DNA of 64,000 nucleotides from a candidate division WWE3 bacterium UBA1379 (GCA_002305475.1 DBRB01000003.1:111844-175843), one strand, 5' to 3'; numbered from the stretch's first letter, positions 20,301 through 29,619 are shown. Numbers and translations: made by a program. The notes: generated from the letters alone by a model not told the origin.

Positions 20301-20858
20301 CTTCTATTTACGTTCGTATTTCATCAACTATTATCTTTGAAAAATGATCGTTATATCTCCTCACTTGAATTACCTTTGACAATTCTGATAGTGTCATTGT
20401 TTTATTATTTATACACCAGACTGAATAATTATAAATGGGTGGTGCTTATCCTAGTCTTGTCTCTTTTTATCTGGCGTACATTTGATTTGTTACAACTTAA
20501 ACCAGATAAATATAATGAATTACGAAATTACTTATCACAACAGACAAATGATTTTACTGACGGGCAAAGGTCATATATTTACGGCTCAATCAGGAGCGGG
20601 AGATGGACATTCGCAGATCTTCCCGATACAGTAGTCACCAGAAAAGACTTTTTAATAAAATGTGATTTTCCAAACTTCAACTACATAGTTTTTGATCAGG
20701 AAGAGTTGCTTAAATCAGATAAGAATGAATTGATGGATTTTGTTCAATTGAATAAAGTTAGGTTTAATTACACAGAGATTGGAAATTTTGATATTTACGA
20801 AAAGATAGAGGGGGAATCACCGGAAGTTGTAGATAAGGTTTTTTGTAAAGTTATTTAG
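17328..20858 (+). CDS. YfhO-like plus PMT-like double GT-C fusion protein
   Basis: N-half: GGDP..FYP, GKFPFW...F.G.P, F.GW.V.IN, G.N.VEM.Y.P. C-half: FTDE..Y, QHPLIGKY, RLP. Start moved from 17298 to ATG 17328. Confidence 0.75.
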   Translation: MGDKENRQVPAINIREVVTLIIFSLIFLFVYRFDYFFSGKIVKGGDPEGFFYPSAYYLYQQLISGKFPFWTERIFLGFPAFAMSEFAYLNPLRIIGVLVFGPFAVFKFEHILFYLLGVIGIYGILKKTGVNILGIFVSIITYYFSFFHIYRTIHFNFLLTTYLLPINIFLIWSFITSNRLRYLLINALLVSITIYYGNYNAVALCLIPQILLFAVYITKVKILELVKGLMVMLFFISMFSMPAIMSTYSLYSQSTRGSGNLNFVDGSIAPILSLSVVYPFLLGYGENFIGQTINNNYYEHEIYFYFGIVSVLLAIIGYVFQERNSRVRLFLSLNIAIFFIFGFLEYLPFKTLLNVFPVNLFRYYVRTSFLGLLSVSIFSAIGLHILITNTDFKLTKTRIIRILVLCIIPFYYLLLDLINPGLIYSKQILAFIIRGGALYEKIWFTILVSSIIIFVFFLKQKKFRKIYTGVIIFLVIADLYFFTGIVGNELLIEKYIPDAPELGNTRVLYTNPEIIGNMPLYWNNWSVYGTSTTFESGLQKELYKSHGLKSIRRFDDSFRMDQLPAYSENLTKLGIEKVIVDDNTVLDLNNENNVFDKSIYGLTGNVIEAEEGHIKYEIDSDKRQEITTKIKNFTGWRVFINNIERKVTSTKDDLFIKFYLDMGKNIVEMQYFPLPLYRGLLISFCLLLVYLYFRLVRLDKIKKFILFISIVLSLAVFLYKSDYKSVFTDEVLYLESGREYLSGNFENNLQHPLIGKYIAGISDFTRSRDLSILRLPFVLLSFGTAIVTFMIISPVYGFYFGILGMLLYTTMPFTYISGRMILFESPMHFFWSLFHLYFLKYLKNRNLKTALVAGFFIGLSMGTKYTSIILYPFSLLIVLMVCGKKINIRQLLTMYISSAFVFGITWLHMVIKLGMPSLIIAAKEAKNIFFGRNEEGKIHVVNGKLYEKSPFWFYFYYIYHQYNPVQMIVSGLSVLAALFRRKYFENYWLIFLLFTFVFHQLLSLKNDRYISSLELPLTILIVSLFYYLYTRLNNYKWVVLILVLSLFIWRTFDLLQLKPDKYNELRNYLSQQTNDFTDGQRSYIYGSIRSGRWTFADLPDTVVTRKDFLIKCDFPNFNYIVFDQEELLKSDKNELMDFVQLNKVRFNYTEIGNFDIYEKIEGESPEVVDKVFCKVI

Positions 20859-20876
20859 GACTGCTAGAATTTTTCT

Positions 20877-22412
20877 ATGCTTCATAAAAGCGAAAATAAA
20901 CTATTCATTACCAGCGTTATATTATTTATCTTGTTATTACCCTTGTCATTATCTATTGATTTTATGCAGAATGATGACTGGGTTTATTATCGGATGGTAC
21001 AAAATTTTCTAAATGGTGATTTTATACTTGATCCAATATCAGCACCCACATTTTATTTACAGGGTATATTAGCAGCGTTATTTGCATTGTTATTCGGAAT
21101 AACAAAACTACCTGTTCTCACTTTGCTTATATCAGTAATTTCTTTTTATGTATTAGGTATAATTTTAATAAAGAGATTAAATCGAAAATTCTCGGATTCT
21201 CTACTTCTCTCTCTGCTTTTTTTCTTCAATCCGTTAAATATATATTCAATGTGGGGGTTTATGTCAGAGAATTACTTTTTATTATTTTTTCTGATTTCTG
21301 TTTATTTTATCTTGGGTTATGAACAGACAGGACACAAAAAGGATTTTATATTAGCTAATATCTTTATTATCCTGGGATTTTTTATCAGGCAGGTCTCATT
21401 TGTATTATCACTTACCTGGGCTGTTTATTTAGTTTTAAAAAAGCAATACAAAACAGCAATAATTCAATTTGGAATATTTGTCGGCCACTATATTTTTTAT
21501 CTTTACTTATTTCCCAAAACAGCGGAAATGTATGAAAAACCTCTGCAGTTTAAACATATATTAGAGCTTAATTATTCGTATTCATTAATTTATTCGATGT
21601 ATATGTATATATGTGCTTTACTTCTGCCTGTGGTGTTAATACTTATTTACCGTACCGTAATGAGTGATAAAAAAGTAATCAAAGTAATCATTTTTATCGG
21701 GTTGAGTGTATTTGCATACTACCTACTAAATAAATTCTTTAACCCGTCTCATCTTGCCTGGGGAGAATTTCCATATCTGGAAAATGTATGGGAAAGAAGA
21801 GGTTATTATCCAAGAAGCATAGGGGGAACAAAGTATTATTTTTATGGGATATTTGACCTGTATAGATATTGGGAAATATCTGCAAAAATTACTGTATCAG
21901 GATTAGTAGCTGCGATACTATTTAATTTCAAAAAACTAATCAATTATCCTTTCATTTTTATGATTGGTTACTTTGGTTTGATGATAGTAACCGAAAAAGT
22001 TTACGATAGATATCTGACAGTATTAATACCTATGTTTATTTTATTTGGAATTACAATAATACAAAGGTTAGAACGTATTGATTTACTACTATTATTACCT
22101 TTTATACTGTTCATGATGTTTTATACATATCAGTTTTCAATGGATTATATTTTTTTAAATAAATATATCTGGGATAAAAGCAGAAATATCGTAAACACAG
22201 AAAATATTCTTCCCGAAAAAATTCAGGGTGCAAATGCCTGGAAACTAAATTACAGAAATGAATCCAGAGAATATCTATATGATTTCTCATATGATTCACC
22301 GGATATTAATGAAGGCTATAAAAAGATATATGATTTAAAAGAGATTCATGAGATTGATTATCCATTAAATTTCTTTATTGATTCCAAGGTTTATTTATAT
22401 AGAAAAAAATGA
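20877..22412 (+). CDS. GT-C fold glycosyltransferase, paralog of 9184..10725
   Basis: QNDDWVY, TFYLQGILA, WGFMSENY, EFPY.EN..ER.G motifs shared with 9184. Confidence 0.75.
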   Translation: MLHKSENKLFITSVILFILLLPLSLSIDFMQNDDWVYYRMVQNFLNGDFILDPISAPTFYLQGILAALFALLFGITKLPVLTLLISVISFYVLGIILIKRLNRKFSDSLLLSLLFFFNPLNIYSMWGFMSENYFLLFFLISVYFILGYEQTGHKKDFILANIFIILGFFIRQVSFVLSLTWAVYLVLKKQYKTAIIQFGIFVGHYIFYLYLFPKTAEMYEKPLQFKHILELNYSYSLIYSMYMYICALLLPVVLILIYRTVMSDKKVIKVIIFIGLSVFAYYLLNKFFNPSHLAWGEFPYLENVWERRGYYPRSIGGTKYYFYGIFDLYRYWEISAKITVSGLVAAILFNFKKLINYPFIFMIGYFGLMIVTEKVYDRYLTVLIPMFILFGITIIQRLERIDLLLLLPFILFMMFYTYQFSMDYIFLNKYIWDKSRNIVNTENILPEKIQGANAWKLNYRNESREYLYDFSYDSPDINEGYKKIYDLKEIHEIDYPLNFFIDSKVYLYRKK

Positions 22413-22441
22413 GGGAGTATAAATCATAGATTCATACCCCC
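22413..22441. terminator. Putative terminator between convergent genes
   Basis: Imperfect inverted repeat gggagtataaatc / gattcataccccc after an A-run. Confidence 0.55.
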
Positions 22442-22454
22442 AATTGAATTTTAT

Positions 22455-22760
22455 TTAACTGTGATCATGATGACCATGAAATACGATGGCCTCTAAGGTT
22501 TCATTAGAAGTGAGTTTTCCTCCTGTGGAAATGAAATCCATAAGAGATAAATTTAAATGTTCCTCACAATCAGGAGTGAATCTGAATCTTATATCCTCAC
22601 CGACTTTTTGACCGTTATCATTCACCACTAAAGTGATAATATGCATGTGGTGTGGTTCTTCTTTTAATACCTGGCCAGCTGTGTCAAGTAAATCACTCAT
22701 CTTTTTGTGGGGATCGGGAAATTCTAATTTAAACCTTGGTGATGTAAACCTTATATGCAT
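22455..22760 (-). CDS. His-rich hypothetical protein (ORFan)
   Basis: SD TAAGGAG; C-terminal HGHHDHS. Confidence 0.6.
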   Translation of the reverse strand: MHIRFTSPRFKLEFPDPHKKMSDLLDTAGQVLKEEPHHMHIITLVVNDNGQKVGEDIRFRFTPDCEEHLNLSLMDFISTGGKLTSNETLEAIVFHGHHDHS

Positions 22761-22935
22761 GACACATCTTCTCCTTAATGCTGATTTGTATTATATTGTC
22801 TTTTCCTGAGAGATTAACCACTTAATATGGTTTATTAAAGTGTATGAGGGAATAGAATTAGAATCCACTAAAATTCATAGGAATACTGATGCTAAAATGT
22901 CCAATCATATATAAATCTATATATTTCAATGATAG

Positions 22936-23121
22936 AAGCTCGTATCCGATAATGACGAAAATGATAATCTATTTATAATGGTAAATGTACCTGAAGGAAA
23001 TTCCATAATTGGTATGAAATTTATACCTCTGATAATATAATACTCACTGTAAATCAGTGCGGTAATGACTGGAATGACTTCTATCTATCTTTATGTATTT
23101 GTGAGAAAGCACACAAAATGA
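22936..23121 (+). pseudogene. Remnant of a YfhO-like C-terminal domain
   Basis: One frame reads KLVSDNDENDNLFIMVNVPEGNSIIGMKFIPLII*YSL*ISAVMTGMTSIYLYVFVRKHTK*, resembling DDLFIKFYLDMGKNIVEMQYFP..VYLYF in 17328..20858. Its TGA overlaps the next ATG (ATGA). Confidence 0.55.
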
Positions 23122-23864
23122 ATATTAACGAATATAAAATAATGGCAGATCTCGAGAAGGAATATTGGTGGCATAAAGGAAAAGTACATCTGATTGAAGC
23201 AATGATAAAAAAGTATTTCGGATCAAATCGGGAAAATCCTATAGAAATAATGGAAATAGGATGTGGTACCGGCGGTGTAACATCAATCCTGCTTAATTAT
23301 GGCAATGTGACAGCCATTGATATATCAGAGGAAGCAGTAACTCTTAATAAAGAGTCAGGGGTTAAAAATGCTTTTTGCGGTGATGTTAATGATATGGATT
23401 TATCACCTTATGAGAAGAAATTTGATTTGATTCTAGCATTAGATGTATTGGAACATATACAGGATGATATAGAAGCCATGAGAAGAGTTCATTATATGCT
23501 TAAGGATAACGGAATGTTTTTCATTAATGTTCCGGCTCATAAATTTTTGTGGAGTGAGCATGATGAAGCTTTGCATCATAAACGCAGATATCATTCATTC
23601 GAAATGATAAGTAAATTGAAGGATACATCTTTCACCATCTTAAAGAAATCATACTTTGTAACTTTTACCTCTCCGATAATAATTCTTTATAGAATATGGG
23701 GTAATTTATTCGGGAAATCTGCCTATCCAAAAACATCATATGTAATGCTGCCAGAAATTATTAACAATTTTTTTATTAACATTTTGAAGTTGGAAGTAAA
23801 GATGGTTGAAAAATTTAATCTGCCCTTTGGTGTAACGCTTACCGTTGTTGCTCGAAAAAAATAA
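23118..23864 (+). CDS. Class I SAM-dependent methyltransferase (glycan-cluster type)
   Basis: EYWW, EIGCGTG, LDVLEHI, VPAH..LWSEHDE..HH.RRY motifs. Confidence 0.9.
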   Translation: MNINEYKIMADLEKEYWWHKGKVHLIEAMIKKYFGSNRENPIEIMEIGCGTGGVTSILLNYGNVTAIDISEEAVTLNKESGVKNAFCGDVNDMDLSPYEKKFDLILALDVLEHIQDDIEAMRRVHYMLKDNGMFFINVPAHKFLWSEHDEALHHKRRYHSFEMISKLKDTSFTILKKSYFVTFTSPIIILYRIWGNLFGKSAYPKTSYVMLPEIINNFFINILKLEVKMVEKFNLPFGVTLTVVARKK

Positions 23865-23869
23865 TATCA

Positions 23870-25426
23870 CTATTTTTTCTTATATATGGTTACATCCGAC
23901 AACGGGATTAGATTAGGCTTTGGAAGTTCAAATACTTTTTCTAACTGATACTCACCTGAATAAACCACAGTATATTCGAACTCATCCCATCTACTGACAT
24001 AAAACGGGTATGCTTTACGAACTTCTTTTCTCTTAAAGTTTTCCATCGGTCTGGATGACAGAATTATATAATCATAACCGATGGGATATTCCGGCATGAA
24101 AAATTGAGCGGACTCGGAAGTATATACCTGATATCGGATAACTCTTGCACCGGGTAGTTTATTCATCGGATCCAGCCCTTCTTCTGTATAGATCAGTTTA
24201 TTTGCAGAAGTCGGTACATTATCCCTCATCCAAAGATATGCTTCCGATTTTGGTGTGTGTCTTTGAAATTGAAAAAGAAGCAATGTTGGGAAGTAAAGAT
24301 AAGTAATCAAAGTCATTATTCCTCCCGTAATAGCTGCAGCTTTTAAATATCCGTTATTTTCTTTTAGTAAATCCCAGATTCTGATAAATCCATAAGAAGC
24401 ATACACCATTACAATTGGAATAATCGGTAGTAGCCAACGGTCTACTCTTCTGGACTGTATGGAGTAAAACAGAAGATAGAAAATTATGTGCCCTATTAAA
24501 AAGATGTGAATGGGAAATATTTCATTATTCTTTTCCTCTTTTATTTTGATGTAAGTTCCGTAAATAGATGAAATCAAAATAGGTATGGTAGATATAAATC
24601 CAAGGGCAAAAATATATTTGAATGGGTTTGAATCTACCGAATCAAAAACCATACCCGCTTCTTTAAAAAGCATCTCATAAATTCTAAAAACAAAATTATT
24701 GGCAAATATAAGGGCAAACGGATTGGTGATAACAAAAACTCCGTATATGAGAAAAAGAAAACCAAACATACCCCTGGGATCTTTTCTTTTTACATAGAGA
24801 TAAATGTATAAAGGTAATGTTAGTAAAGCCGTAATTTTTGTACCAACAGCCAGTCCGACAAGAAGACCATTAAACCAGGTATATCTAGATTTTTGAGGAT
24901 TTTCATAGTACAAGAGTGCAGAAACAAATGAGAGTGATAATAAAATAGTAAGTATTATATCTGCATTAATATAGTGAGCATGCACGATTAGTTTCCAGTT
25001 AAGAGTAGTAAGAATGAAAGATATAAAGGCAACCTTTTTATTTTTAGTGAGTATCCATGCTATAAGAGATGTAACAGGCATTATTGATAGTGAAAGAATT
25101 GAATTAATTACACGCATAAAGACATAAAGCGTGGTTTTATCAAACGATATATTAAAAAGATTCAAACCTTTACTAAAAAGCATTACTGTAATGGTGAAAA
25201 AGTATGAGGGAAAAGAACCGTATACATAAGAGATGGGTATCAGTTTGTAGTAGTCCTTTTTTTCAACAATACTTCTGATTTCATAAGTATATTTTATGGC
25301 CAGTTCTGCAATTTCCGGTTCATCAGCATAAAAACTATGAGGAAGACCAAATTCTATATGCCACAACCTAAAAAATATTCCGAGGAGAGATATTAATAAT
25401 ATGATTAAGAGGATGCTTTTCCTCAT
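23870..25426 (-). CDS. GT-C fold glycosyltransferase (GT39-like)
   Basis: FRLWHIEFGLP..FYADE, GLAVGTK, RWLLP motifs. Confidence 0.8.
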   Translation of the reverse strand: MRKSILLIILLISLLGIFFRLWHIEFGLPHSFYADEPEIAELAIKYTYEIRSIVEKKDYYKLIPISYVYGSFPSYFFTITVMLFSKGLNLFNISFDKTTLYVFMRVINSILSLSIMPVTSLIAWILTKNKKVAFISFILTTLNWKLIVHAHYINADIILTILLSLSFVSALLYYENPQKSRYTWFNGLLVGLAVGTKITALLTLPLYIYLYVKRKDPRGMFGFLFLIYGVFVITNPFALIFANNFVFRIYEMLFKEAGMVFDSVDSNPFKYIFALGFISTIPILISSIYGTYIKIKEEKNNEIFPIHIFLIGHIIFYLLFYSIQSRRVDRWLLPIIPIVMVYASYGFIRIWDLLKENNGYLKAAAITGGIMTLITYLYFPTLLLFQFQRHTPKSEAYLWMRDNVPTSANKLIYTEEGLDPMNKLPGARVIRYQVYTSESAQFFMPEYPIGYDYIILSSRPMENFKRKEVRKAYPFYVSRWDEFEYTVVYSGEYQLEKVFELPKPNLIPLSDVTIYKKK

Positions 25427-25477
25427 AGAGATATTATAACCTTAATTTTGAAAAACTATTTAATAGAAAAAATAAAT

Positions 25478-25503
25478 CCCCGCCTGATATTACATTGGCG
25501 GGG
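25478..25503 (-). terminator. Intrinsic terminator of the 25514 ORF
   Basis: ccccgcc / ggcgggg inverted repeat with A-run on its left. Confidence 0.7.
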
Positions 25504-25513
25504 TTAATAATTT

Positions 25514-25935
25514 TTAAGGATCTGAAATTATCGTTACAATAACACACTGGACATATTTACTTTCTTTTAAGTTGGATCGTTTATGAACACCAGGTATCTG
25601 GTTTTGTTTGAGATCCTTTCCATCTACGCCAAAGCATTTTCTAGTTCTCATAATTCTGACGCAATATCCACTCGTATTGTTTGTACATACTATAGCCTCG
25701 GTGTTGATCCAAACAGTACCTTCTATTCCAAATCTTAATGCATCAGGTTGTACATACGCGACTTCATTTATTTTTAATTGACTCAAATTAAAATATTCAA
25801 TTTTTGCTGTACTTCTCCTGCCACTATTTAAAGGGATCGGATCTCCGATAAAGTGTTTTTCACAGAGAATACCTGATTTTATATCTATGCCGCAATGAAC
25901 ACACTTGCCATTGTCGAATATTTTTCTCCGTCCAT
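25514..25935 (-). pseudogene. Frameshifted hypothetical protein with N-terminal CxxC/CxxH finger
   Basis: SD AAAGGAG plus ATG 25935 stops after 16 codons. One extra A in the A5 run joins MDGEK to IFDNGKCVHCG...LCEKH and to the 25514..25786 ORF. Confidence 0.55.
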
Positions 25936-25979
25936 GTCTACTCCTTTCATAATTACGATAATTCCACTATTATGATGAT

Positions 25980-27413
25980 ATGACTAGAAGAACACAGATA
26001 GGATTTATTGTGCTGCTTCTTCTCTTTCTAGCTCTTAGAATACCATATTTGGGGTGGGATTTATCAAATTCCGATGCAGCTAGATGGCATCGAAGATCCG
26101 AACGCTTCTTAACAGCAGTCAAGCAAATGTCCTTTGGTGATACATACCAGCATTATCAGCCGGGAGTTACCTTGATGTGGCTGGGTGCGGTAATTAAACA
26201 GGTCACACATACGTATTCATTAACTGAAAATGCTGATTACTATCCAATAATACACGGTTATATAAAGACAGCCTTAGTTATTATTCTCTTTATTATATTA
26301 ATTATTCAATCACTATTAATCCGTAAACTTTTCGGAAATGAGACGTCGTTATTCTATATAGGTCTAATGGCAGTAGAACCGTACTTAATAGGAATAGACC
26401 GGTGGATGCATCTTACTTCATTAGAAACGTATCTGGCTTTCACAGCATTTCTCCTTATTCTGTACTGGAGAAAAAACAGTAAAACATGGTATCTAGTTCT
26501 ATCCTCTGTCTTTTTATCTTTAGCCTTTTTGTCAAAACTGACTTCTCTTTCGGTATTACCTCTCATCTTTCTTGTGATCTATTTTAGGGAAAGAAAAATT
26601 AATGGAAAATTTATACAGCAAGGTCTTTTATTTTTAGCAGGATTTTTTGTGACATCGATATTATTGTTCCCAGCATTATGGGTGCAGCTAATTGAAGTAC
26701 TGATGAAACTGTTTTCTGCAATTTCCGGAGCTGTAGGAGATGATATCAGAGGTCAATATTTCACTGGTTGGTTCTCACTTGTTTATTATGTGGTTATTCT
26801 GGCATTCAAATTATCACCAATTACTTTATCCTTGCTGTTGTTTGCATTGTTAATAAGAAAACATCTTTGGAAAAACTATCAATGGATTTATATCTACTTC
26901 CTATTCTCTCTGCTTGTCCTGACGGTATCAGAGAAAAAAATTGATCGATACAGCATCTTTCTCTTCCCTTCTCTGATTCTGCTTTCTGCAGCAGCTATGT
27001 CACTGCTAAATAAGTATCGATACATATTGTATGCTGGTATCTTTCTTTATACGGTGTGTGTAGTATATTTCTTCTATCCCGTTTATTCGGCATACTACTC
27101 CCCTGCTTTTGGTGGTACACAACAGGCAATAAAAGTTGGAGTATATGAAAATAGCGGAGAATATTTTTCCGATGCTGCTTTCTACTTAAATACTTTAGGA
27201 AGGGACAACTATCTGTATGTTCCGAATAATTATGAGTCTATCTCATATTTCTATAAAGGAAAAATGCAAAGAGAATACAATGATCAGACAACTCATATGG
27301 TAACTTCCCTGGATTTTGACAGACCACTGGCAGAAAACAGACTATGCCCACAACTTGTCAAGTCTTTTGGGTCAAGGGATATGGAAGTTGTGTTTGTCTG
27401 GAAGTGTCGGTAA
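25980..27413 (+). CDS. GT-C fold glycosyltransferase
   Basis: SNSDAARW..RS..F, QPGVTLMW, EP...G, KKIDRY, YYSP.FGG motifs. Confidence 0.75.
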   Translation: MTRRTQIGFIVLLLLFLALRIPYLGWDLSNSDAARWHRRSERFLTAVKQMSFGDTYQHYQPGVTLMWLGAVIKQVTHTYSLTENADYYPIIHGYIKTALVIILFIILIIQSLLIRKLFGNETSLFYIGLMAVEPYLIGIDRWMHLTSLETYLAFTAFLLILYWRKNSKTWYLVLSSVFLSLAFLSKLTSLSVLPLIFLVIYFRERKINGKFIQQGLLFLAGFFVTSILLFPALWVQLIEVLMKLFSAISGAVGDDIRGQYFTGWFSLVYYVVILAFKLSPITLSLLLFALLIRKHLWKNYQWIYIYFLFSLLVLTVSEKKIDRYSIFLFPSLILLSAAAMSLLNKYRYILYAGIFLYTVCVVYFFYPVYSAYYSPAFGGTQQAIKVGVYENSGEYFSDAAFYLNTLGRDNYLYVPNNYESISYFYKGKMQREYNDQTTHMVTSLDFDRPLAENRLCPQLVKSFGSRDMEVVFVWKCR

Positions 27414-27422
27414 ACTAGGATT

Positions 27423-28331
27423 ATGCCGTTATTATCAACCATTATCGTAAATTACAACACAAAAGATTTACTTGAAAAATGTGTCAGAAATTTATTGGAA
27501 GTGTATCCTGATCAGGAAATTATTGTAGTGGATAACGGATCATCGGATGGTTCAGCGGATATGTTATCACTCGAATTTTCTTCTAAAATATCCTCTAATA
27601 AATTATGTCTGATAAGAGCTGAAAATAATGGTTTGGCATCAGGACAAAATCTTGGTTTAAAAAAAGCTGGCGGGAAATATATTCTATATATCGGTACTGA
27701 TGCTTTTCCAAAAAAAGGTGATATAGATGGGATTATTCAATACATGGATGAACATTCTGATGTGGGTATTGTTACACCAAAACTTGTTTTAAGAAACGGG
27801 GAGGTTGATATGCATGCACATAGAGGATTTCCTACTCCCTGGGCATCATTAACATACTTTTCCAGACTGTCAAAAATATTTCCTAAATCGCGTCTTTTTA
27901 ATCAGTACTATCTGGGATATCTGAATATGGACGAACCGCATGAAATTGATTTATGTATATCTCACTTTATGGTAGTAAACCGTAAAGTACATGAAATAAT
28001 CGGAGAATGGGATGAAAGTTTTTTCCTTTACGGTGAGGATGTGGATTTTTGCTACCGGACAAAAGAAGCCGGATTTAAAATCATGTACTTACCTAATTTT
28101 GAAGTTCTCCATTATAAAGGAGCAAGTGTTGGAATTCGAAAAGAGACACAGGATATATCCTCCGCTTCAGCAGAAACGAGAAAAAGAATGAAACTGGAAA
28201 CTACTAAAGCCATGAGAATATTTTATGAAAAACATTATTTGAAGAAATATCCCATGTGGTTAAACAGAATGGTACTGTTAGGAACGGATGTTCTGCGCTG
28301 GGCACGGATGAGAGGATGGTTTCTAAGTTAA
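27423..28331 (+). CDS. GT2 glycosyltransferase (WbbL/rhamnosyltransferase-like)
   Basis: IIVNYN, VVDNGSSDGS, DESFFLYGEDVDFCYR, H.KGAS motifs. Confidence 0.85.
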   Translation: MPLLSTIIVNYNTKDLLEKCVRNLLEVYPDQEIIVVDNGSSDGSADMLSLEFSSKISSNKLCLIRAENNGLASGQNLGLKKAGGKYILYIGTDAFPKKGDIDGIIQYMDEHSDVGIVTPKLVLRNGEVDMHAHRGFPTPWASLTYFSRLSKIFPKSRLFNQYYLGYLNMDEPHEIDLCISHFMVVNRKVHEIIGEWDESFFLYGEDVDFCYRTKEAGFKIMYLPNFEVLHYKGASVGIRKETQDISSASAETRKRMKLETTKAMRIFYEKHYLKKYPMWLNRMVLLGTDVLRWARMRGWFLS

Positions 28332-29308
28332 TTATTATTAATTACTGTGGGCTGTCCGTAATTTTCAATATAAACAGGTATCATTTCCTTTTCAATCATT
28401 CTAACTTTTTTACTATCAGTATTTTTCTCAAAGGAATATACTCCAATCACTCCCCTTTTTGTTTCTTCGGACCACATTTGATCGAAGACAAAATTACCGT
28501 GTGAATATTTGATATAAACATCCCGATAATATTCTTCTGATTGTTCCCAATGCGGATGATTGCCTATTATCAGATCTGCTCCGTTTTCTACAGCCAGACG
28601 CGCCAAATAGATCTGTTGAGCATTCGATTGGTTAGTATACTCTATACCCCAATGGAACGAAGCAACTACCAGATCAGCATTTTTATCTGCTTCCGATACC
28701 AATTTGGTAATTATACTTGGATCAGCAGGAGCTATCCCTTTTGGAGAGCTGCCTACTTCATTGAAACCTAAAAAAGCGATTTTAATTCCGTTTCTTTCTA
28801 TATATGTAGGTTGTTCTACACCTGTATACAAAATACCGTAAGAAGTGAGGATTTTTTTAGTTTCCTCTATTCCCTCAAGACCGTAGTTGCCTATATGATT
28901 ATTGGCTAGATTTGCCACGTCAATTCCTGCATAAACCAAACCTTCTGCGTTTTTTGCTTCTCCGCAGAATTTAAATCCTTCCACAGTAACTGGACAATTT
29001 TTTATCAACGGAGATTCAAGATTAATAAGAGTGATATCAGCACTGATGAGGATATCCTTTGTATAAAGAAATGGCCAATTGGGATTGCTGTTTTTTTGAA
29101 TTTGATAATTGACTGATCTAGATAAACCAACATCACCTGTAGCGATAATTTTTATTCTGTTGTTTTCTTTATTCTGCGAAGTACTGTTTTCATTACTGGG
29201 ATTTCTCTGAATCAGTAATGTAATATCTTGTTGTGTCAGCAAATAAAGAAATAGAAGAAAAGCAAGAATTGAACTGATGGACAGAATGAACAGTAATAGT
29301 TTTCTCAT
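28328..29308 (-). CDS. CapA family metallophosphoesterase-fold protein
   Basis: ATGD, NLES, LANNH, HWG, GNHPH, GNFVFDQ; start moved to ATG 29308 (TGG-CATAAT-N6-ATG). Confidence 0.88.
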   Translation of the reverse strand: MRKLLLFILSISSILAFLLFLYLLTQQDITLLIQRNPSNENSTSQNKENNRIKIIATGDVGLSRSVNYQIQKNSNPNWPFLYTKDILISADITLINLESPLIKNCPVTVEGFKFCGEAKNAEGLVYAGIDVANLANNHIGNYGLEGIEETKKILTSYGILYTGVEQPTYIERNGIKIAFLGFNEVGSSPKGIAPADPSIITKLVSEADKNADLVVASFHWGIEYTNQSNAQQIYLARLAVENGADLIIGNHPHWEQSEEYYRDVYIKYSHGNFVFDQMWSEETKRGVIGVYSFEKNTDSKKVRMIEKEMIPVYIENYGQPTVINNN

Positions 29309-29331
29309 AACTTGATTATGCCATAAAAAAC

Positions 29332-29358
29332 GGGACATTAGCATATAGCCTTTGTCCC
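29332..29358 (-). terminator. Putative terminator of 29368..29619
   Basis: gggaca / tgtccc inverted repeat preceded by A6. Confidence 0.55.
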
Positions 29359-29367
29359 ATATTCTGA

Positions 29368-29619
29368 CTACTGTTTCCGTAGTATTATGGTAGAGACTGC
29401 AGTAATGACATAGATTGCAATAGATATCCCCAAACCCCCCAAAACAATTAATATGTCAACTTGAAACGATTGTGTGGGTGAGATAGGAACCAGAGGATCA
29501 CCCTGGTATATAAAACCAAACTCAAAAAACATACTGATGCCGATCATCCCTGAAATAACAGAAATTAGGATCAGAAACAGATTTAACCGAACAGGAAGAT
29601 TTAAAATATCCCGTAACAT
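29368..29619 (-). CDS. Small 2-TM membrane protein (ORFan)
   Basis: SD AAAGGAG; two hydrophobic helices; TTGTCT-N17-TATTAT promoter at 29675..29703. Confidence 0.6.
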   Translation of the reverse strand: MLRDILNLPVRLNLFLILISVISGMIGISMFFEFGFIYQGDPLVPISPTQSFQVDILIVLGGLGISIAIYVITAVSTIILRKQ

